36,408 bases of DNA from a virus (taxonomy: Duplodnaviria; Caudoviricetes): positions 1 through 36,408 of IMG/VR virus record IMGVR_UViG_3300020042_011602; one strand, given 5' to 3'. Below the pieces are notes generated by a model. That model was given only the letters and a program-made list of their open reading frames with translations, was not told where the DNA came from and did no database searches. Numbering within the stretch: the stretch's first letter is position 1; each line of letters begins with the position of its first letter. The position numbers and the translations under genes are program-made. Shown here one piece after another: positions 8,241 through 16,582 of this stretch.

Positions 8241-8861
8241 TTATTTCTTATTGGTTGTGTATAAATATTCAGAGATTAATGTTCCTATAACTCCTGCTTT
8301 CTGTCTAATAAGAATCCATTCATCTCTTTTTAGTTTATGAGCATTTTTAAATGAAATACCTAATACACCTATTAAATGATCATCTAAACTATATAAACCA
8401 AGCATACATACTGATTTAGTTCCAAATTGAGTAGTCATATATTCTAAACCATAAGTATCATCTGTTGTAGATATATCATCAATTGCTAGTTCTGTGTCTT
8501 TGTAAATTTTAGATAATACTCTAGGAAATAGAGATACAGGGATGTTTTGAAATGTATGTTGTAAATGAGGGAGATCTGGGGTTGTTTTCTCATAGAATAT
8601 AGAGAATTTTTGGATGGATTTACCTGTAGGATAGAAATGACCTCCATTATGAAATTGTTGTAACCATACTCTATCACAATCTAATTCATGAAGTATGTTT
8701 TCGATTTGGTTATCTACTAAAGTAGAAGCTTCAAGGGCTTCTCTCATTGGAGTATTTTTATCTTTTTTCTCCATTTTTAATCTAGCCCAATTTACTATAA
8801 TAGGACCAAGTACAGCAGTTATCAATGCCACTAAAACAGTGGTAATCGTTGTTGTTATCAT
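8241..8861 (-). CDS. Membrane-anchored GAF-like protein (T4 holin T-like architecture)
   Basis: One N-terminal TM helix, then DCDRVWLQQFHNGG...IGVLGISF GAF-like domain. Confidence 0.6.
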   Translation of the reverse strand: MITTTITTVLVALITAVLGPIIVNWARLKMEKKDKNTPMREALEASTLVDNQIENILHELDCDRVWLQQFHNGGHFYPTGKSIQKFSIFYEKTTPDLPHLQHTFQNIPVSLFPRVLSKIYKDTELAIDDISTTDDTYGLEYMTTQFGTKSVCMLGLYSLDDHLIGVLGISFKNAHKLKRDEWILIRQKAGVIGTLISEYLYTTNKK

Positions 8862-9430
8862 TTCTTTAGAGAATTTAAATATTTAATAGCTTCATCAAGT
8901 GAAGTTTGAGCACGTTCTTTATCAATTCCACCAACCCATTTTTGTACTTCACCATTTTCTGAAACATATCCTTCTTTACCTTCTGAAAGAATATTAGAAA
9001 ACCAATTTTTATATTCTTCTATTTGATGGTCAATCTCAGCATTAAATGTTTTATTAACATGAGATTCCCACGTACCATTTATTTTCATTTTTGTTTCGGT
9101 TACCGTTTGACAATCTAAACATTCACCGAATGACTTATAATAGAATGGATCTAATTGTTTGTCCATTACTTGTTTACAATTAGGGCAAAACAATGGGACC
9201 GCTACTTTTTTAAATTTATCTAATTTAGTAACATTCTCTTTAATGCCATCTTTGATAGTCCAAGTTCTACCACCTTGTTGCCAAGTATCTCCCTCTTGAT
9301 GTTCTTCTTCTTGAGGACCATTATAACCAATCCCCATAGTAGTGCGACTACCATATTTACCTTTAACAAGGTTACGAAGACGTTCAACGTCTCTTTTTTG
9401 GAATTCCTTTTTTAAAACATTGTCTGACAT
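8858..9430 (-). CDS. Zn-ribbon hypothetical protein
   Basis: CPNC...CLDC; 190 aa. Confidence 0.8.
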   Translation of the reverse strand: MSDNVLKKEFQKRDVERLRNLVKGKYGSRTTMGIGYNGPQEEEHQEGDTWQQGGRTWTIKDGIKENVTKLDKFKKVAVPLFCPNCKQVMDKQLDPFYYKSFGECLDCQTVTETKMKINGTWESHVNKTFNAEIDHQIEEYKNWFSNILSEGKEGYVSENGEVQKWVGGIDKERAQTSLDEAIKYLNSLKK

Positions 9431-9963
9431 TAGAGTCCTAGTTTTTGTAATTGTTTAATTGTATCTGATGCTGAGGTATGTAAAATACCAATACCTCCAT
9501 TAGCTCTCCATTTTTCAACGGTATCAGCTCTATCGTCTATAAGTATACGATTTTTTCCAGCATATTCAGCTTTAGCATAAGCTGGTTTAAAGTATAATTT
9601 TTTCATACCATCTAAACGAGCAACCCATTCTGTTTTTCCTTGTCTGGAACCCGGATCTCTTGAGGGGGCTGTTAAAATATATGGATTATATTCTTTGATA
9701 TAGTCCCAAAGTGTTTGCCCATCAGGCATCCATTCTAGATTTACCCAATATTCATACTCTGTTAAACCTTTTTCTTTTAAACTACGAGCTAACAAACTCC
9801 AAAATTCATTTTTGTCTTGTAAGTCAACGTGTTTTGTATGTTTACCAGTTAAGTCTTCATATCCTTTATCAAAGTCAACTAATACACCATCCATATCACA
9901 AAAAATGATATATTTGGGTTTGATTGCCTCATATAAGTCTAACAATGTAGGTGATTTTTTCAT
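9430..9963 (-). CDS. HAD-family 5'(3')-deoxyribonucleotidase-like phosphatase
   Basis: DMDGVLVDF motif I, ILTA motif II, K...LIDD motifs III/IV. Confidence 0.9.
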   Translation of the reverse strand: MKKSPTLLDLYEAIKPKYIIFCDMDGVLVDFDKGYEDLTGKHTKHVDLQDKNEFWSLLARSLKEKGLTEYEYWVNLEWMPDGQTLWDYIKEYNPYILTAPSRDPGSRQGKTEWVARLDGMKKLYFKPAYAKAEYAGKNRILIDDRADTVEKWRANGGIGILHTSASDTIKQLQKLGL

Positions 9964-9971
9964 AACTTATT

Positions 9972-10949
9972 TTAATTATTATTTGTTAATGTGTCTGTCC
10001 AATTTCGGAAAAACATATTACCTTTTTCGTATGCTTCTCTTTCAATTTCAGGTAAATCACCATCTTCATTAGTATTTTGAGTAGTAATATTACCTAATCT
10101 ACCTTCAATATTTTGGTGGTGGTGGATCATCTCATGCGCAAATGAACGCATAATATCTTTTGGATGACGTTCCATTGTATAAATTACTACAACGCGATTA
10201 TTCGGGTCGTAATACGCTGTTTTACCGAAGAAATCTCTAGCATTTTCAATATCATCATCTATAAATTTTACTTCTGGTAAAGGTTCAATTTTTAAACCTT
10301 TATCAATCATATATTCTGTAAGTGATTTAATTAATCTAGGATAATCATTTTTACTAGGTTCAGCATACATTTCATTTAATGGAGATTTTGTTAATATACT
10401 CCAAATTTTATCTTTTTCTTCATCTGAAAGTTCAGTAGGAAGATATGTTTTAAATTTGTCTTTATTATCCCCAATTAAAGCAGCACGTGTATTTGTACCA
10501 CTAACTCTATCTTCACCTTCTGAATTAATGATTATAGGTTTAAAGTTTTCATATTTTCCTTTCATGCTATCGAAACGGTTCAAATCACCTAAATCCATTT
10601 CACCTCTAATTCCTACTACAGGATAAAACATCGTATCCGGATTATTTTTAATCAACGAACCAACATCTGAGATTGGTGATGGGTTATCTGATAATTGAAT
10701 TTCAACATTGGAAGGTAAATATTTTTTATAGATATCCCAAATTTCTTTACTTTCTTCTTTAGTTACACCATCTCTAGTTTTATGTCCTATAAGAACAATC
10801 ACTTTAGATACTTCAGGACGTTTTGCTACTTCATCTACTAAATGAAAGTGACCTAGAGTAGGTGGTTTAAAACCACCAGGTACTAAAGCAATACCATCTT
10901 GGTTTGCTTCTAGTAATGGTTGTATAAGTGTTTTAACTAACGAATTCAT
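9972..10949 (-). CDS. HxGH-type nucleotidyltransferase (cytidylyltransferase/NMNAT-like) fused to HExxH metallopeptidase-like domain
   Basis: PGGFKPPTLGH and VSGTNTR motifs; C-term AYYDP...RSFAHEMIHH...EREA. Confidence 0.85.
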   Translation of the reverse strand: MNSLVKTLIQPLLEANQDGIALVPGGFKPPTLGHFHLVDEVAKRPEVSKVIVLIGHKTRDGVTKEESKEIWDIYKKYLPSNVEIQLSDNPSPISDVGSLIKNNPDTMFYPVVGIRGEMDLGDLNRFDSMKGKYENFKPIIINSEGEDRVSGTNTRAALIGDNKDKFKTYLPTELSDEEKDKIWSILTKSPLNEMYAEPSKNDYPRLIKSLTEYMIDKGLKIEPLPEVKFIDDDIENARDFFGKTAYYDPNNRVVVIYTMERHPKDIMRSFAHEMIHHHQNIEGRLGNITTQNTNEDGDLPEIEREAYEKGNMFFRNWTDTLTNNN

Positions 10950-11688
10950 TTATTTTATTTTTTGCAGTATCTAAAGTATCAAATTCAGGCAATTTATTAA
11001 CCATAGATTCAATATCTTTATTTAATTGGGCTTTATCCGCATCTGATTTTGCTTGTTCTTCAGGGGATTTTGGTTTACCTACAGCAGAAGAGGCTTGAAT
11101 AAATGGTTCAAGTAAATCAGAATTAAACTTTTGTTTGGCGTCTTTTGGATTATTGTTTAGCAAGATAAAATTATTACCAAATGCTTGTTTATATGTTTCA
11201 ATATTTTTATTTACGTCTCTCCAAGTACGTAATACAATCCCGGGCATTAAACTTCGATCACGTTCTTGATTACGTTCAAGTGAAGTTAAGGGAGAAACAT
11301 AGATCATTAACATCAATGTTTCATACCCTAAATCTTCTAGTTGTTGTTTCTTCTTCAATACAGGTCCAGAGGCAGCACCCGTTCCATCAATAACAATATT
11401 ATTTTTATTTTCTACTGATTGGGTAAACTTATCTTGGGTAGTTTTTCTAGCTTGGGCTTGTAATTTAGCAGCTTGAGATAATTGATCAGGAGTAAAATCT
11501 TTTTGTTTTAAACCCATCCCACTTGCTTTTAACAATTCTTCATATGTGTCATCTGAATTGATAACTTCAAAAGAATTAGGAATAAGTTTAGAAGAGATAT
11601 ATGATTTACCGCTCCCTGCGGGGCCAGCTAAGAATATAGCTTTAGGGCTATTTTGAGCTTCCTTTAATAATTGAATCAAACTTATCAT
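10933..11688 (-). CDS. P-loop kinase (zeta-toxin/AAA_33-like)
   Basis: Walker A GPAGSGKS, INSDD, IVIDGT, lid RNQERDR. Confidence 0.85.
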   Translation of the reverse strand: MISLIQLLKEAQNSPKAIFLAGPAGSGKSYISSKLIPNSFEVINSDDTYEELLKASGMGLKQKDFTPDQLSQAAKLQAQARKTTQDKFTQSVENKNNIVIDGTGAASGPVLKKKQQLEDLGYETLMLMIYVSPLTSLERNQERDRSLMPGIVLRTWRDVNKNIETYKQAFGNNFILLNNNPKDAKQKFNSDLLEPFIQASSAVGKPKSPEEQAKSDADKAQLNKDIESMVNKLPEFDTLDTAKNKINEFVS

Positions 11689-11699
11689 AATTATACATA

Positions 11700-12473
11700 T
11701 TACGCCTCTTTCCTAACGCTCGTTTTAAATTCTGTAAATACAGGTGCTTCGTTTGGATTTTCTAAATCAAATAAACGTTTTACTGTTTTAAAGATTTCGA
11801 TGTTTTCTTCTTGTGTGCGAGATGGTAAAATCATTTCCCATCCTTTTCCTTGCATTTTATCTTTAGATGCTTTACGTTTGTTTGATTTTAACCATAAGAT
11901 ACCAGTTTTATCAGGTTTAACACCAAAGCATTCTTCATAACAATGAGCATAAACAGCTGCCTGTAATTCATATGTTGTTTGAATATGGTTTGATGTTTTA
12001 TGGTCAATAATCCAAAGTGAATTATCAATTCTACAAACTAAATCTGTAGTACCTGCTACTTTAAGTATATCTGAGTATAAGTGGATTTCTTGATCGATTA
12101 ATTCAGGTTTATGAGTTTCCCAGAAATCAACAAAACGTAAAAACATTTGCCAAATAGTTGGATCATGTTGGGGGTATCCCGCTTCATTCAAAAAGTTCAT
12201 TTCTTTACCTTCTAAATACTCTTCAATCATTTCGTGTACTTTGGTTCCATCTTCACCAGCTTTTCTAACAATGTAATCAGCTGAACGACCCATGTTTTTT
12301 AACCATTCTTCAAAATGTTTACCTTTTGGATAACAACTTAAAACGTGAGTGATTGAAGGGTAATATTCTCCATTTCGTCTGTAGTATCTAGAATCTGGAA
12401 GAGTTATTTGTTTAGCATCTTCTGAGATTTCAAGAATACGATTGTTGACTACTTTTACATTTCGTTTTTTCAT
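11700..12473 (-). CDS. PD-(D/E)XK exonuclease (MGME1/Cas4-like)
   Basis: YPSITHVL, GTKVH, E...AGTTD...IIDHKTS, LQAAVY. Confidence 0.9.
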   Translation of the reverse strand: MKKRNVKVVNNRILEISEDAKQITLPDSRYYRRNGEYYPSITHVLSCYPKGKHFEEWLKNMGRSADYIVRKAGEDGTKVHEMIEEYLEGKEMNFLNEAGYPQHDPTIWQMFLRFVDFWETHKPELIDQEIHLYSDILKVAGTTDLVCRIDNSLWIIDHKTSNHIQTTYELQAAVYAHCYEECFGVKPDKTGILWLKSNKRKASKDKMQGKGWEMILPSRTQEENIEIFKTVKRLFDLENPNEAPVFTEFKTSVRKEA

Positions 12474-13399
12474 ATTATAGACAATTTTTTCTCCATTAAC
12501 TTATATTGTGTTAATGGGAGTGTATTTTGAATTAGTTTTGTAAAATGTTCAAATCCCATTTCACTTGGGTCTTTCCCTTGCAATTCAACCAAATAAATTT
12601 CTTTACCAACGTCTAATAATTGTTCACAAAATTTAAGTGCTTGTTTAACAGCATCGTTATCCAATGCAATGTATATTTTTTGTACTTTAGATTCTACTAG
12701 TTTTTTCATCAAACTAGATTGTATATTTTTACCAAATAATGGTACAGCATTTCGTTTTATAGCCATAGCATCAAAAGGACCTTCACATAATATAATTGGT
12801 AAATCCCAATTAATAAACAACTCAAACGGTATAATATCGCGAGACGTTTCGGGGTTGCGGTACTTGGTGTAGGGATCTTTCTCGAATGATCTCGCGGTGT
12901 AATAATTTAATTTACCGTTAGAATCGTATGAGGGTATAACTATCATTTTAGCATATTGACCTGAGTCACAATAGCCTATACTATATTTAAGAATATCTTG
13001 TTTTGTAATGTTTCTTTTCTTAAGATAAGTAAAAGCATGTTTTGCTATAATATCTTTATTGTTAATAAAAGATTTAAATTCCTTAGGTAATTCAAGTATA
13101 GAATGTTTTATTTCACCTATATCATTACTAGAAACATTTTTAACTAATTTACTTAATTCATGAAAATAACTAGCATCAACTTCAACTTGTTTAAATAAAC
13201 TTCTTATGGTTTTACCTTTTTTACCACAGGTCCAACAAGCCCATTGGTTAATACCTTCAGAATTTTCAGTAAAATTAACTTCGAGTTTTGGTTTATGGTG
13301 GTGACAAAACGGACAAGTATAGGATTGATTTCCTCTTGCGGTACGTTTTCCGGTTCCTAGAACACCATTTACTAAATTAACTAATAACTCATTTACCAT
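12470..13399 (-). CDS. DNA primase (Zn-ribbon + TOPRIM)
   Basis: CPFCHHH...CWTC; EGPFD; LDND; KDPSE. Confidence 0.92.
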   Translation of the reverse strand: MVNELLVNLVNGVLGTGKRTARGNQSYTCPFCHHHKPKLEVNFTENSEGINQWACWTCGKKGKTIRSLFKQVEVDASYFHELSKLVKNVSSNDIGEIKHSILELPKEFKSFINNKDIIAKHAFTYLKKRNITKQDILKYSIGYCDSGQYAKMIVIPSYDSNGKLNYYTARSFEKDPYTKYRNPETSRDIIPFELFINWDLPIILCEGPFDAMAIKRNAVPLFGKNIQSSLMKKLVESKVQKIYIALDNDAVKQALKFCEQLLDVGKEIYLVELQGKDPSEMGFEHFTKLIQNTLPLTQYKLMEKKLSII

Positions 13400-13402
13400 A
13401 GG

Positions 13403-13436
13403 GGTTCAAGATATGAACCTAGTCTTGGGGAGCAAA
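13403..13436 (-). promoter_or_regulatory. Bacteroidota-type promoter of primase overlapped by an inverted repeat
   Basis: TTTG-N19-TATCTTGA; GGTTCA-N5-TGAACC at 13403-13419. Confidence 0.6.
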
Positions 13437-13877
13437 GTCTTTTGAGAAAAATTTGCCTAAAATGTTATCGTTGAAATAAAGAGAAGGATGTTCGAGAACT
13501 CCATATTCAAATAAATACTTACATTCGTAATAAGTGAGTAATTTTTTACTATTAACAAATTGTAAAATTTCGCGATCAAATTCATCATGTCTTTTTTCTT
13601 TAAGTAATTCCAATATTGGTTTAGCTGAACCATGGTAGGTTTTCCAGTCAGATTCTTTAGTTACTAGTTTGGTAGTTGATTTCCTACCTCTTGTAGTGGG
13701 TAAAGCTTCTAATTCTTTTTTACCTAACTTTTTATTTGTGTTATGGTATAAAGATTTTTTACCTATGTAAGTTACATTCGTAGGAAGGTAAGTAACCTTA
13801 TAGATGAATCCAAATGTTTCTTCAGGAAAATCTTCTATTGTGTTAATTTCTTTATTTTTATATAACCAATTTGACAT
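13419..13877 (-). CDS. GIY-YIG-like nuclease domain protein
   Basis: FGFIYKVT...YIGKK, WKTYHGS, E and YFNDNI. Confidence 0.75.
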   Translation of the reverse strand: MSNWLYKNKEINTIEDFPEETFGFIYKVTYLPTNVTYIGKKSLYHNTNKKLGKKELEALPTTRGRKSTTKLVTKESDWKTYHGSAKPILELLKEKRHDEFDREILQFVNSKKLLTYYECKYLFEYGVLEHPSLYFNDNILGKFFSKDFAPQD

Positions 13878-13881
13878 GAAT

Positions 13882-14835
13882 TTATGAATCTAAATTTATT
13901 AATATACTTGTATCGGTAACTGCGGATAGTGGGAGAGGTTGAGCTAATTTAGCTACTGCTAATAAGTTATAAGCATTATCATATAATCCTACTGTTGTAG
14001 CATAAGGTGTAAAATAAGAACCTGTTGCAAAATTATATAAAACTCCACTATTTGAACTACCTGAAATTTGAGTTGGATTGGTTGAGAAATTGAATTCATT
14101 TTCTCTAATAGTACATTTGTATTGGGTTTCGTATATGTCAAATGATGAAGAGAATGAACATGTAATATTTGAGCCAGTTATAAAGCTATTAAAAAGATTA
14201 ATAGTGTTTATACCATATATTGCATTGCCATAAGATCCACTTCCATAAGGACCCGTATACGCAGCCCCATCACTTGTAAGTATTATAATACCATGTTCGT
14301 AAATAACATCTCCATATTTTAAAGAATTAAATACCATGTTACCTTCACCATCATCTCGGAGAGTAATATTACCATTTGAAATACTAACTGATCCTGGTTT
14401 AAGGTATTCTCCCCATAAATTAGATGGAATAGAAAATACACCTATAGTTTCATTAGATCCTGTAGGAAAATATCTATTAGATGGGAGAGTATTGGTTAAA
14501 TAATTATAGTAATTTGGGGTATAAAATGGACCTGTTATTGTTCCATCAACATTGAATGAAGCAGTTCCTGCGGGTGATCCATTAGGGTTTCCAAGATAAT
14601 TTGAGTAATAAAGCTCTTTTATGGAACGATATATTAAAATTTGATCTTGGATATCAATTTGTCCTGTTGGATATGAACCAGATACCCATAAAGATTCAGT
14701 AACATTACGTCCAAAATATCTATCAATTTCTACATTCGAGCCAGTAAGTTCATTACCTTTAAAGGTAAACGATTTGTTTACCTCAAAGGGTGAGACGATA
14801 ACGTCAGAAGTTATAAATGATTTGTATATGCTCAT
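13882..14835 (-). CDS. Baseplate/tail structural protein
   Basis: C-term EFNFSTNP...TTVGLYD...LLAVAKL, paralogous to the next gene; located in baseplate module. Confidence 0.75.
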   Translation of the reverse strand: MSIYKSFITSDVIVSPFEVNKSFTFKGNELTGSNVEIDRYFGRNVTESLWVSGSYPTGQIDIQDQILIYRSIKELYYSNYLGNPNGSPAGTASFNVDGTITGPFYTPNYYNYLTNTLPSNRYFPTGSNETIGVFSIPSNLWGEYLKPGSVSISNGNITLRDDGEGNMVFNSLKYGDVIYEHGIIILTSDGAAYTGPYGSGSYGNAIYGINTINLFNSFITGSNITCSFSSSFDIYETQYKCTIRENEFNFSTNPTQISGSSNSGVLYNFATGSYFTPYATTVGLYDNAYNLLAVAKLAQPLPLSAVTDTSILINLDS

Positions 14836-14841
14836 TCATTC

Positions 14842-15858
14842 TTAGAAATCAAGTTTTACTCTAACTAAAGCTTCTTTTGTAAAATCTTTTAATAATGGTC
14901 TTGACATTTTAGCTACTGCTAATAAATCATTACTATCGTTATACATTCCTATAGTTGTAACATATACTTGTGGTTGGTTAATGAAACTACTATAAATTAC
15001 TTCACCTGTTGATCCTGAAATAAATGATGGGTTTTCTGAATAATTAAATTCACTATTACGAGCTCTAACAAATACATAATCTGAAGTAATTGTTTCTTGG
15101 GAATTTAGGGCAAATGAAGCTGCTCCACTAATAGAATTAAATAAACGTTGAGTATTTAAACCATCTGAGTTATTTGATCTGCTTGGGGAAACATTAATTG
15201 ATTGAGATATAGCAAATGGATTTAATATAATAGTTCCTAAATCTGGGAATACTAAACCATATGAGCCTGAATTTAGAACATACCCACTGCCTGGAAGTGA
15301 ACCTGCTGAACCATTAGATCCTGAGATCAATTGATAAACACGAGATGTCCCAATAAATGTATTAACTGGGTTATCTTGGGAGTTATCTGTTAGGTTAATG
15401 ATACCTAATCCTGATCCTGAAATTCTTAAGTTTAATGATCCAGGGAATAGAGATTGTTTGTAATTAGCTCTTTCAATAGATAATACCCAGAAATCAGATC
15501 CTGTTATAACATTAGTTCCAGTTCCAAAAATAAAGTTAGCAGTTTCATCTTCTAAAATTAATGAACGATATTGCCCATAAATTGTTTTAGTATATGAGTT
15601 TCCAGGTACTACTGAGTTATATAAAGTACTGCCACTTCCCACTGAGTTAGCATAAGCAATATCAAATTGGACTTGAGCCGTAGATACAGCTGAGGATGTT
15701 TGATAGATACTTAAATAATAATTTCCAGATGATCCAGCAGATTGCACGGATGATGTGTGAAATTGAGTCAATGTTGGATTTCCAGTTGACCAAAGTGTAG
15801 AAGTAATTGAATCACTACTTACTAAAAAATCTTCGGGATCAAATCTTTTAAATGCCAT
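14842..15858 (-). CDS. Baseplate/tail structural protein (paralogue of 13882..14835)
   Basis: EFNYSENP...TTIGMYND...LLAVAKM; S/G/T-rich. Confidence 0.75.
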   Translation of the reverse strand: MAFKRFDPEDFLVSSDSITSTLWSTGNPTLTQFHTSSVQSAGSSGNYYLSIYQTSSAVSTAQVQFDIAYANSVGSGSTLYNSVVPGNSYTKTIYGQYRSLILEDETANFIFGTGTNVITGSDFWVLSIERANYKQSLFPGSLNLRISGSGLGIINLTDNSQDNPVNTFIGTSRVYQLISGSNGSAGSLPGSGYVLNSGSYGLVFPDLGTIILNPFAISQSINVSPSRSNNSDGLNTQRLFNSISGAASFALNSQETITSDYVFVRARNSEFNYSENPSFISGSTGEVIYSSFINQPQVYVTTIGMYNDSNDLLAVAKMSRPLLKDFTKEALVRVKLDF

Positions 15859-15871
15859 TATTTATATTTTA

Positions 15872-16543
15872 TTAATTTTGATTAATGATAACAGGAATAG
15901 TTAAACGAGCTCCACTATCTAAACCTACAATTGTTAATGTAGCAGATAATTGAGTTTGTGAACCAAACAATGTATTTACTGTAGTTGCTCTTAAGTTAAT
16001 TTGAGATCCAATTACTGTTACTGATACATTAGTTCCTAATGTTGATGTTGATGTTGATGTAGCCGATGCATTAGCTGAATTAGCTGCTGCAGTATTAATT
16101 CCTACTCCGGTGAATGTACTAAATAGACGAACATCAGAAATAGTAGCTGAATATCCGCTAGTTTCATAAGTTTGATTATTTCCTAAATAATTTAATGTTT
16201 GAGGAGTAATTGCTAATGAAGCACCTTGTACTAACGTAACTGCTGAGTAACCTAAATCAAGTACAGGTAATTTAGCTGTTCCACGAGGTAGAGTAGCTAA
16301 TTTGTATTTCATGATTTGGGTTTCAATTGGAAACGCTTCTAATAAAGGCATGTTTTGGATAGCTTCACCATAAAATGAAGACCCAGAAGGGTGTGTTGGA
16401 TTATAAAGTGTATAATCAATTTCATCATCTGCTAAAGCAAATTGTGTAATTCGAAATGAACCATCATTTTTTGCTAGAAGTTCTCTACCTTTGTTTGTTA
16501 AAATTGCGTCGACTGTAACGACTTGGTTATTTAAATATCCCAT
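15872..16543 (-). CDS. Tail/baseplate structural protein
   Basis: DAILTNKGRELLA...ITQFALADD resembles tail-collar/fibre N-termini. Confidence 0.7.
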   Translation of the reverse strand: MGYLNNQVVTVDAILTNKGRELLAKNDGSFRITQFALADDEIDYTLYNPTHPSGSSFYGEAIQNMPLLEAFPIETQIMKYKLATLPRGTAKLPVLDLGYSAVTLVQGASLAITPQTLNYLGNNQTYETSGYSATISDVRLFSTFTGVGINTAAANSANASATSTSTSTLGTNVSVTVIGSQINLRATTVNTLFGSQTQLSATLTIVGLDSGARLTIPVIINQN

Positions 16544-16582
16544 TGTGTTTAATTATTGTCGTATTATATGTAATAAATATCA

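Noticed and set aside
10933-11688. Epsilon-zeta toxin-antitoxin module
   Set aside because: No small antitoxin gene upstream; the P-loop motifs do not specify UNAG kinase activity
11700-12473. Cas4 / CRISPR-associated locus
   Set aside because: No Fe-S cysteine cluster, no other cas genes or array; it is a replication-linked exonuclease beside primase
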